Shown: positions 47,259 to 60,528 of the stretch, piece by piece | Position numbering within the stretch: position 1 is the stretch's first letter | How the letters are laid out: each line of letters opens with the position of its first letter | DNA from: Naegleria gruberi | Lineage: Eukaryota | Length of the DNA: 64,000 nucleotides | NCBI GenBank assembly: GCA_000004985.1 | Contig: GG738848.1 | Strand: one strand, 5' to 3' | Program-made: the position numbers and the translations under genes | Notes under the pieces: generated by a model | What the model saw: only the letters and a program-made list of their open reading frames with translations | Database searches by the model: none | Told to the model about the DNA's origin: nothing

Positions 47259-50200
47259 TTACTTCAATTCATCATCATTGGATGAAATATTATCAGCATT
47301 GGAAACAGCAACTATTGGAACATAATCAAGAATTGAAATTGCCTTCTTGTTCAATTCTGCAAACAAGTTTGCAACAGAAACGAGTGAAGAGTTTGATGAA
47401 AATAATTGTAACAAATCTTCACAAATATCCATTACAACTTTGTAGTCATTACAAAGAATTGAAAGGAATTTGTGGAAATTTTGTAAATTCTTTGGATTGA
47501 GAGGTTTTTCAAGTTTAACACGTTTAGCGACCTCTCTAAATAAGTTTGTACTTGTTGGAAGATATTGTCTGAGTGAGTTAAAATATTCCAAATCTCCTTT
47601 CTTTACACAGTTATTGTAAATTGGTTCAATCCAATCAGACATGGTGTTAATATCATAAGCATTGGCTATTATCAATGATTCCTCAAAGTCTGCATGATTT
47701 TGAATAAAGGTTCTTGCTTCCTTCAATCCAAGTTCAACAATTATTGGCAAATTTTGGAGCTTCTTCTTATTTGGGAGCTCATTGTAAAACTTCAGTTGAA
47801 GTTTGACGAGAGCAGCCAAGTTAGTTGACTTGACAGCAGTTTGACAACAATCTTCTTTGGCTAATGATGATGCTGCAGATTCAAAATTTTCACAAACAAT
47901 CTTCATAACATGTTCTAGTGGTACATGTTCATCTAAATGTGTAATTGATTGATTACTAGAGACACTTGTTGAAGAATCGTCCTTGTCTGTTAATCTCTTA
48001 TGAATTACCTTGATTCCTTTACATCCTCTATTATACAAATAGGTTCCATATTCTTTTAACATGTTAAATCTCAAGTAAACCATTGCTAACTTTTCATTTT
48101 GTTCAGGGAATTTAGTTTGCACGTACGATGATAAGGCCATTTTCAATTGGTTGTTATTATCATGGTCTGTGTTCTTGTTCTTTTTGAGAATAAGCTCAAA
48201 CTGTTCATTTTCTATTAAGATATCAAAAAGGAACGTAAGTTCTGAAAAGTCAGGAATGGAAACAAGCAACCTGACAATAAGTGAAAAGTCGTGATCATCT
48301 AAAATTTCTTGAATAATTGGTCCTTTGATTCTCTTTAAAATTGACTCTATCCCTTCAAAACTTGAAGACATATGATAACAATGATAAGCTCTAATAATAA
48401 TTTCAACTTTGCATTTCAAGTTCAAAATACCTCTGGATTTCTTCTTGTGTGGGCTATCGTCATTTGTTTCATCATCAGAGTCTATTAATTTGATTAATTG
48501 ACGAGCAATAGATGATGGATCTTTTGCAATATTGGCAAATTCTGCAAATTCATCCATGGTGCATTTGACTAGATCGAATTGTTTTTGTGACTCTTTGAGA
48601 GTTTTGATTGGCTTACTCTTAAGTTGTTGGTTAAATTGTTTAAAGAATGTTGAAGTTTGCACACTTGCTGTATAGGAGCTAGAAAAATCAAAGCTTGAAA
48701 ATGAGCTACCAGAACTTGTTGATAATCTATCATCAAAATCTTCGGTACTTGAGGTACTGTCATTTGCTCCACTGTTATTATTATTGGCAGATGAGGATTG
48801 GAAATAATCTTCAATTAGAATTTCACCTCCTCCCTCTTCTTGATTTTTGAATATGGAAACATCCTCGTTTCTATAATACTCAACATAGGTAGAATAGAGA
48901 TAATTAGCACAAACTTTAGAAGCTCTATCGCTATCAAGATTACGAAGTTGAATGAAGGAAGAACAAACTTTAAGCTTTTCCTTTCCAAACATCATTAGCA
49001 AGAGTTTTAAAACTTCAAAATCATCCTTTGTAATAACACTATCATAACTTAATTGGAGAATTCTTCCAATTTTGTGATTGAGGGCAATAACTTTGAGGAA
49101 GTGTTTGGAACCTTTCATCTTATAACCAAAAGATAAAAGAGACATCTTATCTAATATTTGTTGAATATCGTCAAATTCATCAATATTGAGGACCATATCT
49201 TTAAGAGCAGAATAAATATTTGATGGAAGCGTTTTGGCAGCAAAGCTATTATTTCTCTGATCAGAATCTTGATACATTGTCTTGATTTGTAATTCATAAC
49301 CTTTTGCCAATGTAAGAGCAACTTCAATAATTTGTAAAATATTACTATTATATGAATAGTAATTAGCAAGCTTCTTTGCTTCTTTGTACTGTTCTTTTAG
49401 TAATAAATTATCAATGACCTTATCTAATAATTCATCCATATTGTTGATATTGGTTGGTATATTTGGTTGGTTTGATCGTTTTGAGGAATTTTGAGTATTT
49501 TCAATAAATCTGGCCTCTAATGGAGCTAAAACTATTGAGGCGCCACTTGTAAAAAAGTTATCTGCAGAGTTGGAAAGTAAAACAATACTCTGTACAAGAT
49601 AGTCAATATCTTTTTGATTTCTACATGGAGTTGGATTTGTTTTTGTCATTTCAATACTACCTCTCTTTTTGGTTATATTATAGGTTCCTTCATACCAAGA
49701 CAGTGCAAGATTCAACAAATGTAAAACGCTGGTAGAAGAATATTCTGATTGGTAGAGTATTGCTTGTTCTAAGAAGAATTTAGCACCACTCTCTTGCGGA
49801 TATCTGTGCTTGATGAAAAGATCATTCACTTTTGAATAGGCAGTAATGATATCTGTGGTATTAGTAACATAGAGTGAACGAACTTTTTGAATCTTGTAAA
49901 GAGCTTGAGAGTATGTAACCTTATCATTTGAATAGGTAATCTTCTTTCTATACATGACAATAACTTGTCTTGCCTCTTTGAAACAGTTATTTTCTATCAG
50001 AGATTCAATAAAATGATTTGGATTTCCTGTAAAGACATTGAGGTGATCGATTTCTTGTACTTCTCCAGACTTGAAAACTCTTTCAAATAATGAATTTACA
50101 CTGTACATATTTTCAAACTCATTGGTAACATCAACAATTAACGAGAATTGTGTCTGATGAAGTAACTGGAGATAATTGGTACGTTTGTATTGCGTGTTCA

Positions 50201-53200
50201 AAGACCTGGATAGTTGTTGTGCTAGAGCTGTTGAAGTGGAGACAACCCATGTTAAATCGCCAAAGTTAAAGTTTGGAGCAACCCCACTATTCAAATCCTT
50301 TACAACTTTAACAAATGTCTTCATTTCATCTGTTGCCTTTCCAATATTTTCATGAACATATGATTCATAGAATTGTAAGAATGAAATAATTGGATTATTA
50401 ACATCAAACAATTCAAATGATTGTGTAATATAGTGAACACCGCTTTGTTTTTCATCTTTCAGGAAATTATTTGAACAAAAATCTTGAATATATCTATCAA
50501 TACTTTCTGTCAACTTTCTCATATTTTGTTTCTTAATAGATATGGTTTCATTCTTTTTCATTTCGGTATTTGTTAACTTTTGCTTTAAAGATTGCAAATA
50601 ACATTTCATACAAGTGAAAAGTTCAGACATTGTATAATCTTTAGGGAGATAACAAGTGGCAACTATTGCAAGTAAAGGTTCACTAAGAGCAAGTGATCTA
50701 TTTAACAAATACTCAACAACTTCATCATTTTTCAAGTTGAATTCTTCAGCTCTCATAATTTCTAGGAATGCCTTGAATATAATATCATTTTCTTGATTTA
50801 AATCCGTAAGAATATCGTTATTATTATTCTCTATTGATAACTTAGTTTGAATATGGTCACGTTTTGATTTCATATCTCTCAGAACAATAATTAAAAATTG
50901 TTTGATGACATCAGGCATGAATTCTTCTACAATACTCATAACTGTCTCAATAGGAGCATTAATATCTTGAGCATGATAAAGGAATGAAATCCATTGTCCT
51001 TTCTTGGCAGTAGATTTTAATTGATTTACAAATGGTGGTAGACCATGTAATTCAGAAAACACAGATAAGAGCTTCCAAGGAGAAACATAAATCTTGTGTC
51101 CACTATTTCTCATACCATCTAAAATTTGAACTTGTGATGGATCAGTGGAATTCTTAGAGTTATACTCCTTCTCTAAAAATTCTTTGACTGAAATGTCAAC
51201 AATTAGCATGCTTTCAGTTGCTTCTTCCAACATTTTAAGAATTTTGAATTGAGGATGGGATAAATAATGTTCGTAAACGGAACTTGTAGATTTTGATACG
51301 GAAATTTGTAAAAATTCTTCGACGAGCTTCTTAGAAGGACTATCAACATGTTGTGGTTGATCAACTTGAGCAACAAAAGATGGATGAAAATCAAAAATTC
51401 TTCTAGCTACTTTTGTTTCAACAAGGATGACCTTGGCATACTTATCAGAATACTCTTCAAAATTGCAAAGGTCTATGAACATTTTACATGAGGAAGTGAT
51501 AGCTTGATTAGAAAAATTATTCAATGCAATTTCTCTGACTCTATCACAAAGATTCAATTGGGATTCCTTGTCCATATAATTTGAAAGGGGAAGTTGTTCG
51601 TTCTTTCCTCCATACAGATAAGGTGAGTAAGCATCATCTATTAAATCTTTCAATTCATTATCCTTGGTAGAATTGACTTCACTGAGTAACTCCTTGTAAG
51701 CTTCCAAAGGTCTTTGATTCATCAAATAGTAGGAAATATCAAGAACCTCCTTGATACTTGATTCATATGTCGAAAAGTTGAATAAGTCATCTCTATTGTT
51801 AATCTTAAATTGAGTAGGGGTTAATAAATTAAACTCTCCTTGATTAATTTCGTTACCTTCGTCCATCATTAAAATTTCATCAATAGACATATCAATATGT
51901 GTATGTTTAAGCATATCAAATAGAGAAATATCTTTTTGGCATGAAACAATGTTACCTCTTGCAATTTCGTTATTGCAAAGGTTGATAGTTTCATTTTCAG
52001 ATTGACTCTCCTTTGATAGGGTTGGGTTTTCAGAATGCTTTGTACTTTTTTCATTAAAAAGTGCAGAATGGAAGGTTGGATATGGCTGAAGCGCTTTGGA
52101 TAAGTAAGAACTGTTCAAGTAATGCTCACTTGTAATTGGTTCTTCCAAAGATTCATGAAGAGTTTTTGGAGAATACATTTGTGTGGAGAGAGCCATGATT
52201 GGATTTTCATTAAGAATGCTATTCAAATTAATCTTTTGATTATCATTATTTCTAAGTTTAGATTGGGCGTTAATGAATGATAAATTAAACATATCCTTCT
52301 TATTGGAGAGTAAGAACATATTTAACCATGATGGTCTCTTATCTTCAGTGAAGGATTTATCTAATGCATCCCAAATATTAAACTTGTCAATATACCTAAA
52401 GCAAATACTAGGAATATTTTTCTCAATACAGAAAGAAATAAAGTCTTTGTGGAATTTGCTCATTTCTCCCACTGGATGTAAATAAGTTGTGTTGATTGGG
52501 TTGGAAACAATATCCTTATCAGAATCGAACATATTGGTAGGATCACATTCAATAGACAAAGTTTCTATTAAATTAGATGGAATATCATTTGAAAAAAGTT
52601 GATAGGTTGCACAAAATCTTTGCAACAAGGAAATAAAATCCTTTGTATCTTCTCTAATGAATATTCCTCTGAATGCAAGACTATTCAACAATAGCTCTTT
52701 CATCATTGGACTACAAAATTGTAATTGTTCTCTGACAATGTTGATAACTTCTTGACAACTTTCAACAACCTGTTGCATCTTGGAAGAGTAACCTTCAGGA
52801 ACATAGAGAATATCTCCATCTTCTGTTTGATAACATTTCACACTTTCATTCTTCTTTTTCAAGTTTCCGTAGTATTTAATTGCACTCTTTGACCATCTCA
52901 CCAGTCCAACAAAATCATGATGAGCAATACAAAAGGCAAGCTTTGATTTGTTGGACTCATTATCGTGATAATCTTTTTCAAGTAGAATTCTCTCTCTTGT
53001 ATGTTTATCCCATCTCAATAACCAACTCAATTTAGATACAAAGTAAGAGGACTTTGACTTTGATAGTGCTAAAATTTTCTTGTTAGTGCTAGATATTGAA
53101 GCACTTCTCATTCTTGATTGAATAGACACTTTACGTTTAAAAACTAGGCTATCTGAACTATCTGAAGATACTGGTGATTCAACAACAACACTACTTGTAA

Positions 53201-56200
53201 TGTGGTGGAGTGGCGTAAGTTGTGCATCATCAGAAATATCTCCAATAACAATGTTTTTTTCCACTTGATCAAAATCTTCATCTGTGAAAGGATTATACTG
53301 TCCGTATGGAAGCACCTTTTCAAGTACTTTTTGAATGGATGTATCAGGATAAAGTTCTTCCAAAAGTTGAAGAAATTCTATTACATCTTGTTCCTCTTCT
53401 GAAAGCTTCTTCATTCTCTTCAATTCCTTAATTAAATGGTTTCTAATATTCTTGTCGATCGTATTAAAAGCCAATTCTCTTAAATGTTCTGTAACATCTT
53501 CTCCCAAGTTTTCTAGCATTTTAATAGCAAGATTATATTCACCAGAAACTAAATGTTCATATATTACAATAAAGGAAAGTTGTTGAAAGCTTTCAAAATC
53601 TTCAATTTCGAAAAAGTTGTTAGTATTGTCTTCATCCTCACTATCACATTCAGCTGCAGACTTGTGCTTTACGGTTCTATTTTTCAAGAATGAGTAACCA
53701 AGCGAAACAAGACCCTTAGTCAAACAATCAACAATTATGGACTTATTTTCCATATTCTTCCACTTGTGATAAAGTTCTTCATTGCCTCTCATTAAAATTT
53801 TGTCAAACATTTCCATTTCATTCTTTTCGTCTGCATCAGAAATTTCATTCTCCTCGGCATCATAATTATACATATCTTCTTCATTGTTAATCGATACACC
53901 TGTCTTCATTTCGGAACCGAAGAAGGATAAATCATTAAAATTATCACCTCCAGAAAAAGACTTTGTTAAAATTAAGTTAAATCCTGTTGTATAAATTATC
54001 TAACTTACCAAATCCAGGTCTATTCTCTTCTCTGAACGAAGAGTTTCACTTCTCTTGCTTTGAGAATTGAATGAACTAAGTAAATCTGCTGCTATTGGTT
54101 CATTTACTTCTTCTTCCTCTTGATTATTATATATCAAATATGATCTCAATAGAGAAATGATACTAGATAAAAGCAAAACTTCTTCTGGTTTTGACAAAAC
54201 TTGCTTGGAACTCATGATATCCTCAATGATTGAAATAGTGTTAGAAGATGGATTATTAATAATGTCATTTGAAGCACTTGTAATTTCATCAATTTCAGAA
54301 ATGGTTTGACTTTCCATAAACTTGTCTAACTTTTTGGCATTCTTAATCTCCAACTTTTTAATCACAGAATCAGTACTTTCAATCTTAATAGGTACTCTCT
54401 TATCTTTGAATATAAATATAGAATCAAAAGTATTTGGCTCTTCTTCACCCAAATTATATTCATTCTTTGAACCCAGCTCTAAAATTCGTTTTTCAATCAA
54501 TGAGAGAATGTAAGATATGGCTGTAGTGATAGTATGAATTTTAAATTCACTATCTTTTGAAAATTTAGTGTCTTGAATAAACTTGGCAATTATATAGCAA
54601 ACATTTAACTCTTGCTCCGGATCAAGATGTTGCAAAGTATCTTGTACAACAGCAAGTTCTCTATTTCTCAAACCAAGCTCTATAGCATGAACTGCTAATG
54701 ATTTTCTGTCCCAGCCATTAAGATCACATAACCTCTCAGCTAATCTTTGTCTTTCGTACTTGATAAGATTATTCAAAAGAATGCTCTTGTTGGTGTTTAC
54801 ATTAATAAAGAAAACTCCATGTTTGTGGGCATCCTCTGTTATGTAAAAGCAATGTACATCTGAGCAGTAAATTTGGGAAATGAAATTACCCTTTTCCAAA
54901 CATATTGCTGTGGTTTTTCCTGAAAGCATGTCATAAACTTGAAGGAGTCTTATATCAGCCTCCAACAAGTCAAAAATGATGTAGCACTTGTTATTTGTTA
55001 TGATATAGTCATGAATTTTAGAATTCTTTTCAACTGCATGAATAACAGTAATGCCTTCATCAATGTGGCTGATATTTTCATCTTTCCTAGGAGAAAGCAT
55101 AAAGTTGTGACTTGATGTTCTCGAAATTAAAGAGTCTTTTCTCGAAAATGACTCTAAATTACTATCTAAACTACCAATTGATCCTCTTTTGATTAACAGT
55201 GAATCCCTCATTATGGTTTCCTTTCGTTGTTTGTTTGCAACTACAAATGGATAATTGCTCTTTGTATCTTTCTCAGTACCAAAATCATCACCTGAATCGA
55301 TGAGAACACTAGTAGATCTCTTTTGAGGTTCTGTATTATCAAACCAGTGAGATTGATAAAAATTCTCTGAGGTGTAACAGAAAGGTAAAAGTGATTCTAT
55401 TGGCTCAATAGTATCCGTTTTCTTTTCACTTTGATTGAGCAGTTCATTGAAGGAAAGTTCTTCGTCCTCCTCATCACCTTCAATATCTTCCTCTTCTTCT
55501 TCATCGCCTTCAGTATCATCTTCTTCATCAAAATCTTCTTCTGTTCGTTGAACATGCTCTTCTTCTTTAACATTTTCCGTTTTTAAATCCAAATCTATAA
55601 TATATACATCATTGTCACATGTTGCTGTTAAAAGTAATCCGTTATTCGATAATTTAAAGTTACATAAATTTACAATATCACAATTTACAAATCCAACTTT
55701 CTTCTTTTTAGAGATATCCCAAATATCAACTTTGTTTAGCATTTCAGAAGGGCTGGAAGAAAGTGAGCAAAAAAGAAACTGTTGATATGCCAATAATTCT
55801 CTATATGTATGATCCTTTGGAGCTTGTATTGTAAAATTACTACAAATTTGCAATAAAAAGTTCTGTAGAGAAACTTCACAAACATGATTGTTATCGAATA
55901 ATATTAAAAAGTGACGATCTTCAAGAATTGGAAGTATTGCTTTCATGGAGACCTCTTCTCCAAAATTAGCATTCTTGATGGAGTTTGTAATTTTTGAGAA
56001 TGATATTGTGAATTTTTTGACAATCCATGTTACTCTTTCATTCTTGAATTTAAATATTGTTTCCGAATCGTCTGTTAAGAAATTAATTAAAATTTTCTCA
56101 TTCCTTTCTGATGGACTAAACGTCTCATCTTGGTCACTTTTAGAAAAGAATATAATTTCCAAAGTATCATCCCTAGCAACAAGACAATAACACGAGAATT

Positions 56201-56651
56201 TAGACTGAATGCCTCCTGTTGTGTGTGACCTCATCCAATTAATCCTAATTTGAAATTAAAATACTATATTATCATTCAATACATACGATTTAATATTTCC
56301 ACAATTATTGATGGTAATAAATTCTCGCAAAAATTCAAATGTTGCATTATCGTACTGTGTACTTTCCTCCAAAAAAAAGAATTGTAACTTGTCATTAGTT
56401 CTATCCAATAAATAAATAATTTCATTATTCGGAGAATAATATGATTCAATATTGTTCGAGCATTGATGAATTGGCAAACCGGAAGATATTTTCACAGCCA
56501 AAACTGATGCCAAAGAAATTGAACTTGGTGGCATCATAAAAAAAGGTTGATGATATTCCTCCTTACTAATTTTAAAATCATCATCATCCTGATCAAAGTT
56601 TGTTGGAGTCATCGGAGATGATAACTCTGAGATGACGAGGTGATTTGGCAT
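47259..56651 (-). CDS. Very large protein (~3,100 aa) of unknown function. Proposed exons 56287..56651, 54009..56244, 47259..53960 joined by 42-nt and 48-nt introns. The N-terminal third has beta-rich repeats and an acidic E/D block; the C-terminal ~2,200 aa are largely alpha-helical.
   Basis: Three long same-strand ORFs of 131, 744 and 2216 aa are separated only by 22- and 90-nt spacers. The 744-aa ORF ends 'DLDL' immediately before GTAAGT, and the AG at 53961/53962 resumes the downstream frame ('SFSGGDNFNDLSFFGSEMKTG..'). The 131-aa ORF ends 'NIKS' at a GTATGT donor, and the TTAG acceptor resumes at 'INWMRSHTTGG'. No catalytic motif recognised. Whether it is a spatacsin/solenoid-type trafficking scaffold is untested. 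Confidence 0.55.
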
Positions 56652-56829
56652 TTTTTCAAAAGATTCTTTTTATTCAAAGGCTTTAAAGATTTTTAATTAC
56701 TATTTAATATTTAATAATATTATTAAAATTTATTATTTTCTTGATAGAAAACATTACTATCGTGTATTATTGATAATTATCGTAATAATTTGAAAATGAT
56801 GGTTTAATATTGTACATTATTTACAGTCA

Positions 56830-57189
56830 TTATTGTTCTTTAACCAAATCGATGGCCAAATAAAACTTCTTCTCGTTCATAAAGGCAATACCAATTGCTT
56901 CTCTTTCACAATCGGCGCAAGTCAGATATTTAATTTCCTGTGCAGTACCACTCTTGTTTTTCGTAAATCCAATATTTTCAAAATCAAACATGTCTTTTAA
57001 TTGATACCATCTGTTGTATGATTTGGTATCGGTAATATCCTTCACAGGTAATTCAAAGGTTGTATCCTCCACGAGCAATCCCATATTTTCCCTGAGAATT
57101 TTAGAATTGCAATGTGGGCAATTGATGACTGTTGGATTTCTAATTATTGATGTAACAATTTCCGAGGATGATGAAGCTGCTGATTCCAT
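56830..57189 (-). CDS. mss4: Mss4/RABIF-like Rab guanine-nucleotide exchange factor and chaperone (119 aa).
   Basis: Two zinc-knuckle pairs 'CPHCNSKIL' and 'CADCE', plus 'WYQLKDMFDFENIGFTKNKSGTAQEIKYLTCADCEREAIGIAFMNEKKFYLAIDLVKEQ' colinear with human Mss4 'WLVEDMFIFENVGFTKDVGNIKFLVCADCEIGPIGWHCLDDKNSFYVALERVSHE'. Confidence 0.75.
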   Translation of the reverse strand: MESAASSSSEIVTSIIRNPTVINCPHCNSKILRENMGLLVEDTTFELPVKDITDTKSYNRWYQLKDMFDFENIGFTKNKSGTAQEIKYLTCADCEREAIGIAFMNEKKFYLAIDLVKEQ

Positions 57190-57334
57190 TTTTTAATTTG
57201 ATTTTAATTTTAAGAAGTTCCTTAAGCTAATATTGGAACATTAAAATCGTCTTCGGTCAGTAGATCAAAATAATATAGACGAGAATAACTAATTGTGTAA
57301 GCATGATATATTGTGTAGACTATCAAGTTAGATT

Positions 57335-59308
57335 TTATTCATTTCCCAAAATATGGGTTTTAAATTTCCATGAAAGATTTGGTTTAGTTTGATTGTGTGC
57401 AAACATTGGATAAATAGTGGATGTAATAATTTCCATTAATTGTTTGAATTGAATAGTATCAAGTGCATTCATGTAAAATGTGAATATTCTTTTTGGATTA
57501 TGATTATCTTTTGCTTTAAATTTAGATTCAATAAAAGAAAGAGTTTTCAAAACTTTCTGTGAAATTTGTACTTCCTTGTCGAGAAGATACCTTTGTGGAT
57601 TATTGTTAGGGTTAAGTTGACTCGAAGTATTGGTGAAAAAGTTATTTTGATCAGGAACTGGGTATTGATTAAAATCTGGAAACAAGTCAAAAAGTGATTT
57701 GTCATCGCTAATGGTTTCACTCAAAATATCAATCTTTGTGAAAATGAGGAAAATTGGTGAATATTTGAGTGGTCCATTACATTGTTCTTCAAATAAGTTA
57801 ATACTTTCTATCATCCTATTTGAAAAATCATCTTCATAACAAGTCTTTCTAAAGTCAATCAGTGAAGTGGTATATAAAACGCCTGTCAATCCAGCATAAA
57901 TATTATTATACTTCTTTCTTTCTGTTCTGGCACCACCAACATCATAAACTCTAAATGGCATACCTAGATAATCATAATCTAGACATGTAATACCTGTTGT
58001 TTTACAACGACAACCAATAATGTCTTCAACTGATGGCTCATATTCGCTCAGTTTCTTAAACATTCGTTTCACAGCGCTCGTATCACCATGATCCCTTAAA
58101 TAATAATCCATGCCATCTGTCATTGAGTCTGTTAACGCATAACGATTTAAAACCTTTCTAACATCTGTATCCTCCCACATGGAAACAACAAATTCCTTCT
58201 GTGGTAATTTAGAAATATCAAAAAGTGTATATCTAGATTGTAATGAAGTAACTCTAGAATCAAACTCTTTAAACTTTTCGTATAAAGTTTCATCTAACAT
58301 GAAACGATTTTCTCTCGTAACCTTAGTTGTACCATTCTTAATAGCATCAACTTCATTCAAATAAAGTGAAACTCCTAATGAAAAACTTTGTAGTAAATTG
58401 GTAATAATATACATTCTCATTCTCTCAATTTCAGACCTATTGAAACCTTCTTGAAAAACAAGTCTGAATTGTCTGAAAAGTGTAGTTTTACCAGAACCTA
58501 AAGTGCCTGAAAGCATTAGAGTATAAACAGAGGGTGATTCGTATTTGGATTTCTGAACTTTTTTAGTTTTGGCAACATGTTGTGCGTTGGACGACGTTGC
58601 CTTATTCATTTCCTTTCTATGGGATGGAGCATTGGAACTAAAATGGCCATTGGTTGTAACATTCATATTCTTGGATATATGATTCGAGAGATGATAAAGT
58701 TGATTGTTGGTATTGGCAGGAGATACGTCATGGATATCTATTGTTGTTGTTGTTGAACTAGAGGATTGTTGGTGATGATTCACTGCTGTTGACAATGTTG
58801 AAGGAGTTGTGGTGGGGGTGGTGGTGGATAAATTACTCATCATCATTGGAGTGGTTGTTGTGGTTGACAAATTACTTGTTACTGATGGAGATGGACTTGT
58901 GAGAGATGATGATGCAGTTGTTGTCTCATTGCTGTTAACAACTTCATCTCCACTCATGTACAAGGGTATTGGTTTATCGAATGGAACTGTAGAAAGTGGA
59001 ATGATTTGATTTTGTCCAATGGTTGACTTTAACTTTTTGTACAATTGTTGTGTAGCTGTTGTTTCAGAATCAGATTCATGTCCATTGTTTTCCTGTGTGG
59101 TTACAGTAGCTGTGGCTTGATTGGCCATTGGAATCATCATGTTTGGTTCTAATTTGTGTTGCTGCTGTTGACCAGGTGGAACATCTCCAAAGGCTTTCTT
59201 CTTTTTTAAATATCTATTCATCATTTCCTTCTTCATTCGTTCATGTTCATTACTTTCCCTGATAACACTTGTTATGGATGGAAAGAAGAATGAAAGTAGA
59301 CTTTCCAT
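57335..59308 (-). CDS. Divergent G-alpha-like protein (657 aa) with ~240-aa Ser/Thr-rich N-terminal extension. Predicted GTPase-impaired: catalytic Gln replaced by Ala, NKxD replaced by TKID, TCATDT replaced by NALDT.
   Basis: Colinear with G-alpha from residue ~245: P-loop 'LSGTLGSGKTTLFRQFRLVFQEGF' (GAGESGKST), helical-domain region, switch I 'CRCKTTGI' (Arg finger and Mg-Thr retained), switch II 'YDVGGARTERKKY' (canonical DVGGQRSERKKW), G4 'LIFTKIDILSE', G5 'FTFYMNALDTIQF'. Single uninterrupted ORF; A-rich start aacaaATGGAA. Confidence 0.7.
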   Translation of the reverse strand: MESLLSFFFPSITSVIRESNEHERMKKEMMNRYLKKKKAFGDVPPGQQQQHKLEPNMMIPMANQATATVTTQENNGHESDSETTATQQLYKKLKSTIGQNQIIPLSTVPFDKPIPLYMSGDEVVNSNETTTASSSLTSPSPSVTSNLSTTTTTPMMMSNLSTTTPTTTPSTLSTAVNHHQQSSSSTTTTIDIHDVSPANTNNQLYHLSNHISKNMNVTTNGHFSSNAPSHRKEMNKATSSNAQHVAKTKKVQKSKYESPSVYTLMLSGTLGSGKTTLFRQFRLVFQEGFNRSEIERMRMYIITNLLQSFSLGVSLYLNEVDAIKNGTTKVTRENRFMLDETLYEKFKEFDSRVTSLQSRYTLFDISKLPQKEFVVSMWEDTDVRKVLNRYALTDSMTDGMDYYLRDHGDTSAVKRMFKKLSEYEPSVEDIIGCRCKTTGITCLDYDYLGMPFRVYDVGGARTERKKYNNIYAGLTGVLYTTSLIDFRKTCYEDDFSNRMIESINLFEEQCNGPLKYSPIFLIFTKIDILSETISDDKSLFDLFPDFNQYPVPDQNNFFTNTSSQLNPNNNPQRYLLDKEVQISQKVLKTLSFIESKFKAKDNHNPKRIFTFYMNALDTIQFKQLMEIITSTIYPMFAHNQTKPNLSWKFKTHILGNE

Positions 59309-60528
59309 TTGTTGCTATTTAAACTGTTTTTTGTATATATATTGTATGTGTTGTGTTGTTTTTGTAATCCTACTATTAATAATAATAATATATCAAGTGT
59401 TTAATCCACTCAACCCTAGAGTTGGGCGATAATTCTCTACAACTATTAACTGTTGTTGCTGATTTGATGATATTAAATTCTTCTTCTTCTTGGTTGAAAT
59501 ATTCTTGTTGTTGTTGATGTTGAAGGAGAATAATCATTGAAACAATTTCAGAGTTAATAATATCTATATATTATATCAATCAGTGTCTTTTCAAAGAGTA
59601 GTGAAACTAACTATTGTTCCTAAACTCTGATGAAATTATGGCGCAAAAAGTTATTATTGTTGTGCACACAAATAATTTCTTAGTGTTTTGAAAAATGATG
59701 AGAAGAAGGCTGGAGGAGCGATAGAGAGAAAACTCTCACAGAAGCAAAACTCAAGTTGTTGTTTTTTGTTCTCTGATGATGCACAGCAATGTTATCACGT
59801 CTTGATGCCTACTTTACTTTTTTTTGGAGAGGCAATCAAAATAAGGAATAGACAATTGACACGTTCAGATGAAAATATTTTGAGTCAAATTCACCTCTTC
59901 AAAGCATTTTGGTTGCAAAAGAGGAAAGGTACTTGAAACCAATGTTTTGGCCAAAGGACATGTCTCATAAAACATGTTTGGCTATGGTTTCGAATAATTA
60001 ATAACGAAAGCAAGTGAATAAATAAAAGTATTTTGTGAAACTGCTGTAAGCCTCAAAAAAGCAATCATCAACTTGTCCTTTTTTGTATTGTTATTTACAT
60101 AAAGAAAACAATAAAAAGTTTACAAAATTTTTCTTGACTTTTGAAGATGAAGTGTTAAATCGTCCAAATACAAAACTTCATCAATGATAAATGAACTACT
60201 GTACTTTGTTAAAAAATCAAAAACAAAATTGTAAAAGAATAATTACAATGTAACGCTTTTTTAATTCAAAGACAAAAGAAGATTTTAAAGAATTGAATTT
60301 TTAAGCTAAATGTAAGGAATCCTATTTGGTTGTGAAATTAGGCCTTTACCCTTGAAGAGCAATATACTTTTATGCTACTTTTCAACAATTTTTGGATAAA
60401 CCTACGGGAACTTTGAATCTAAAGTGGGAGAAGAAACATAAATTTCAAGATGCAATAAAGAGCAGAGTAAATATTGTAAAATAAACAATTCCTCAACTAC
60501 TGATAATGTAAGGACTACAGTTGCTAGT

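Noticed and set aside
59688-59936. 82-aa plus-strand ORF in the spacer between the G-alpha-like gene and the ankyrin-like gene
   Set aside because: Isolated, with no splice partners found and no homology. The composition differs from neighbouring genes. Left unannotated, although the 1.2-kb spacer 59.3-60.5 kb could hide a small spliced gene.
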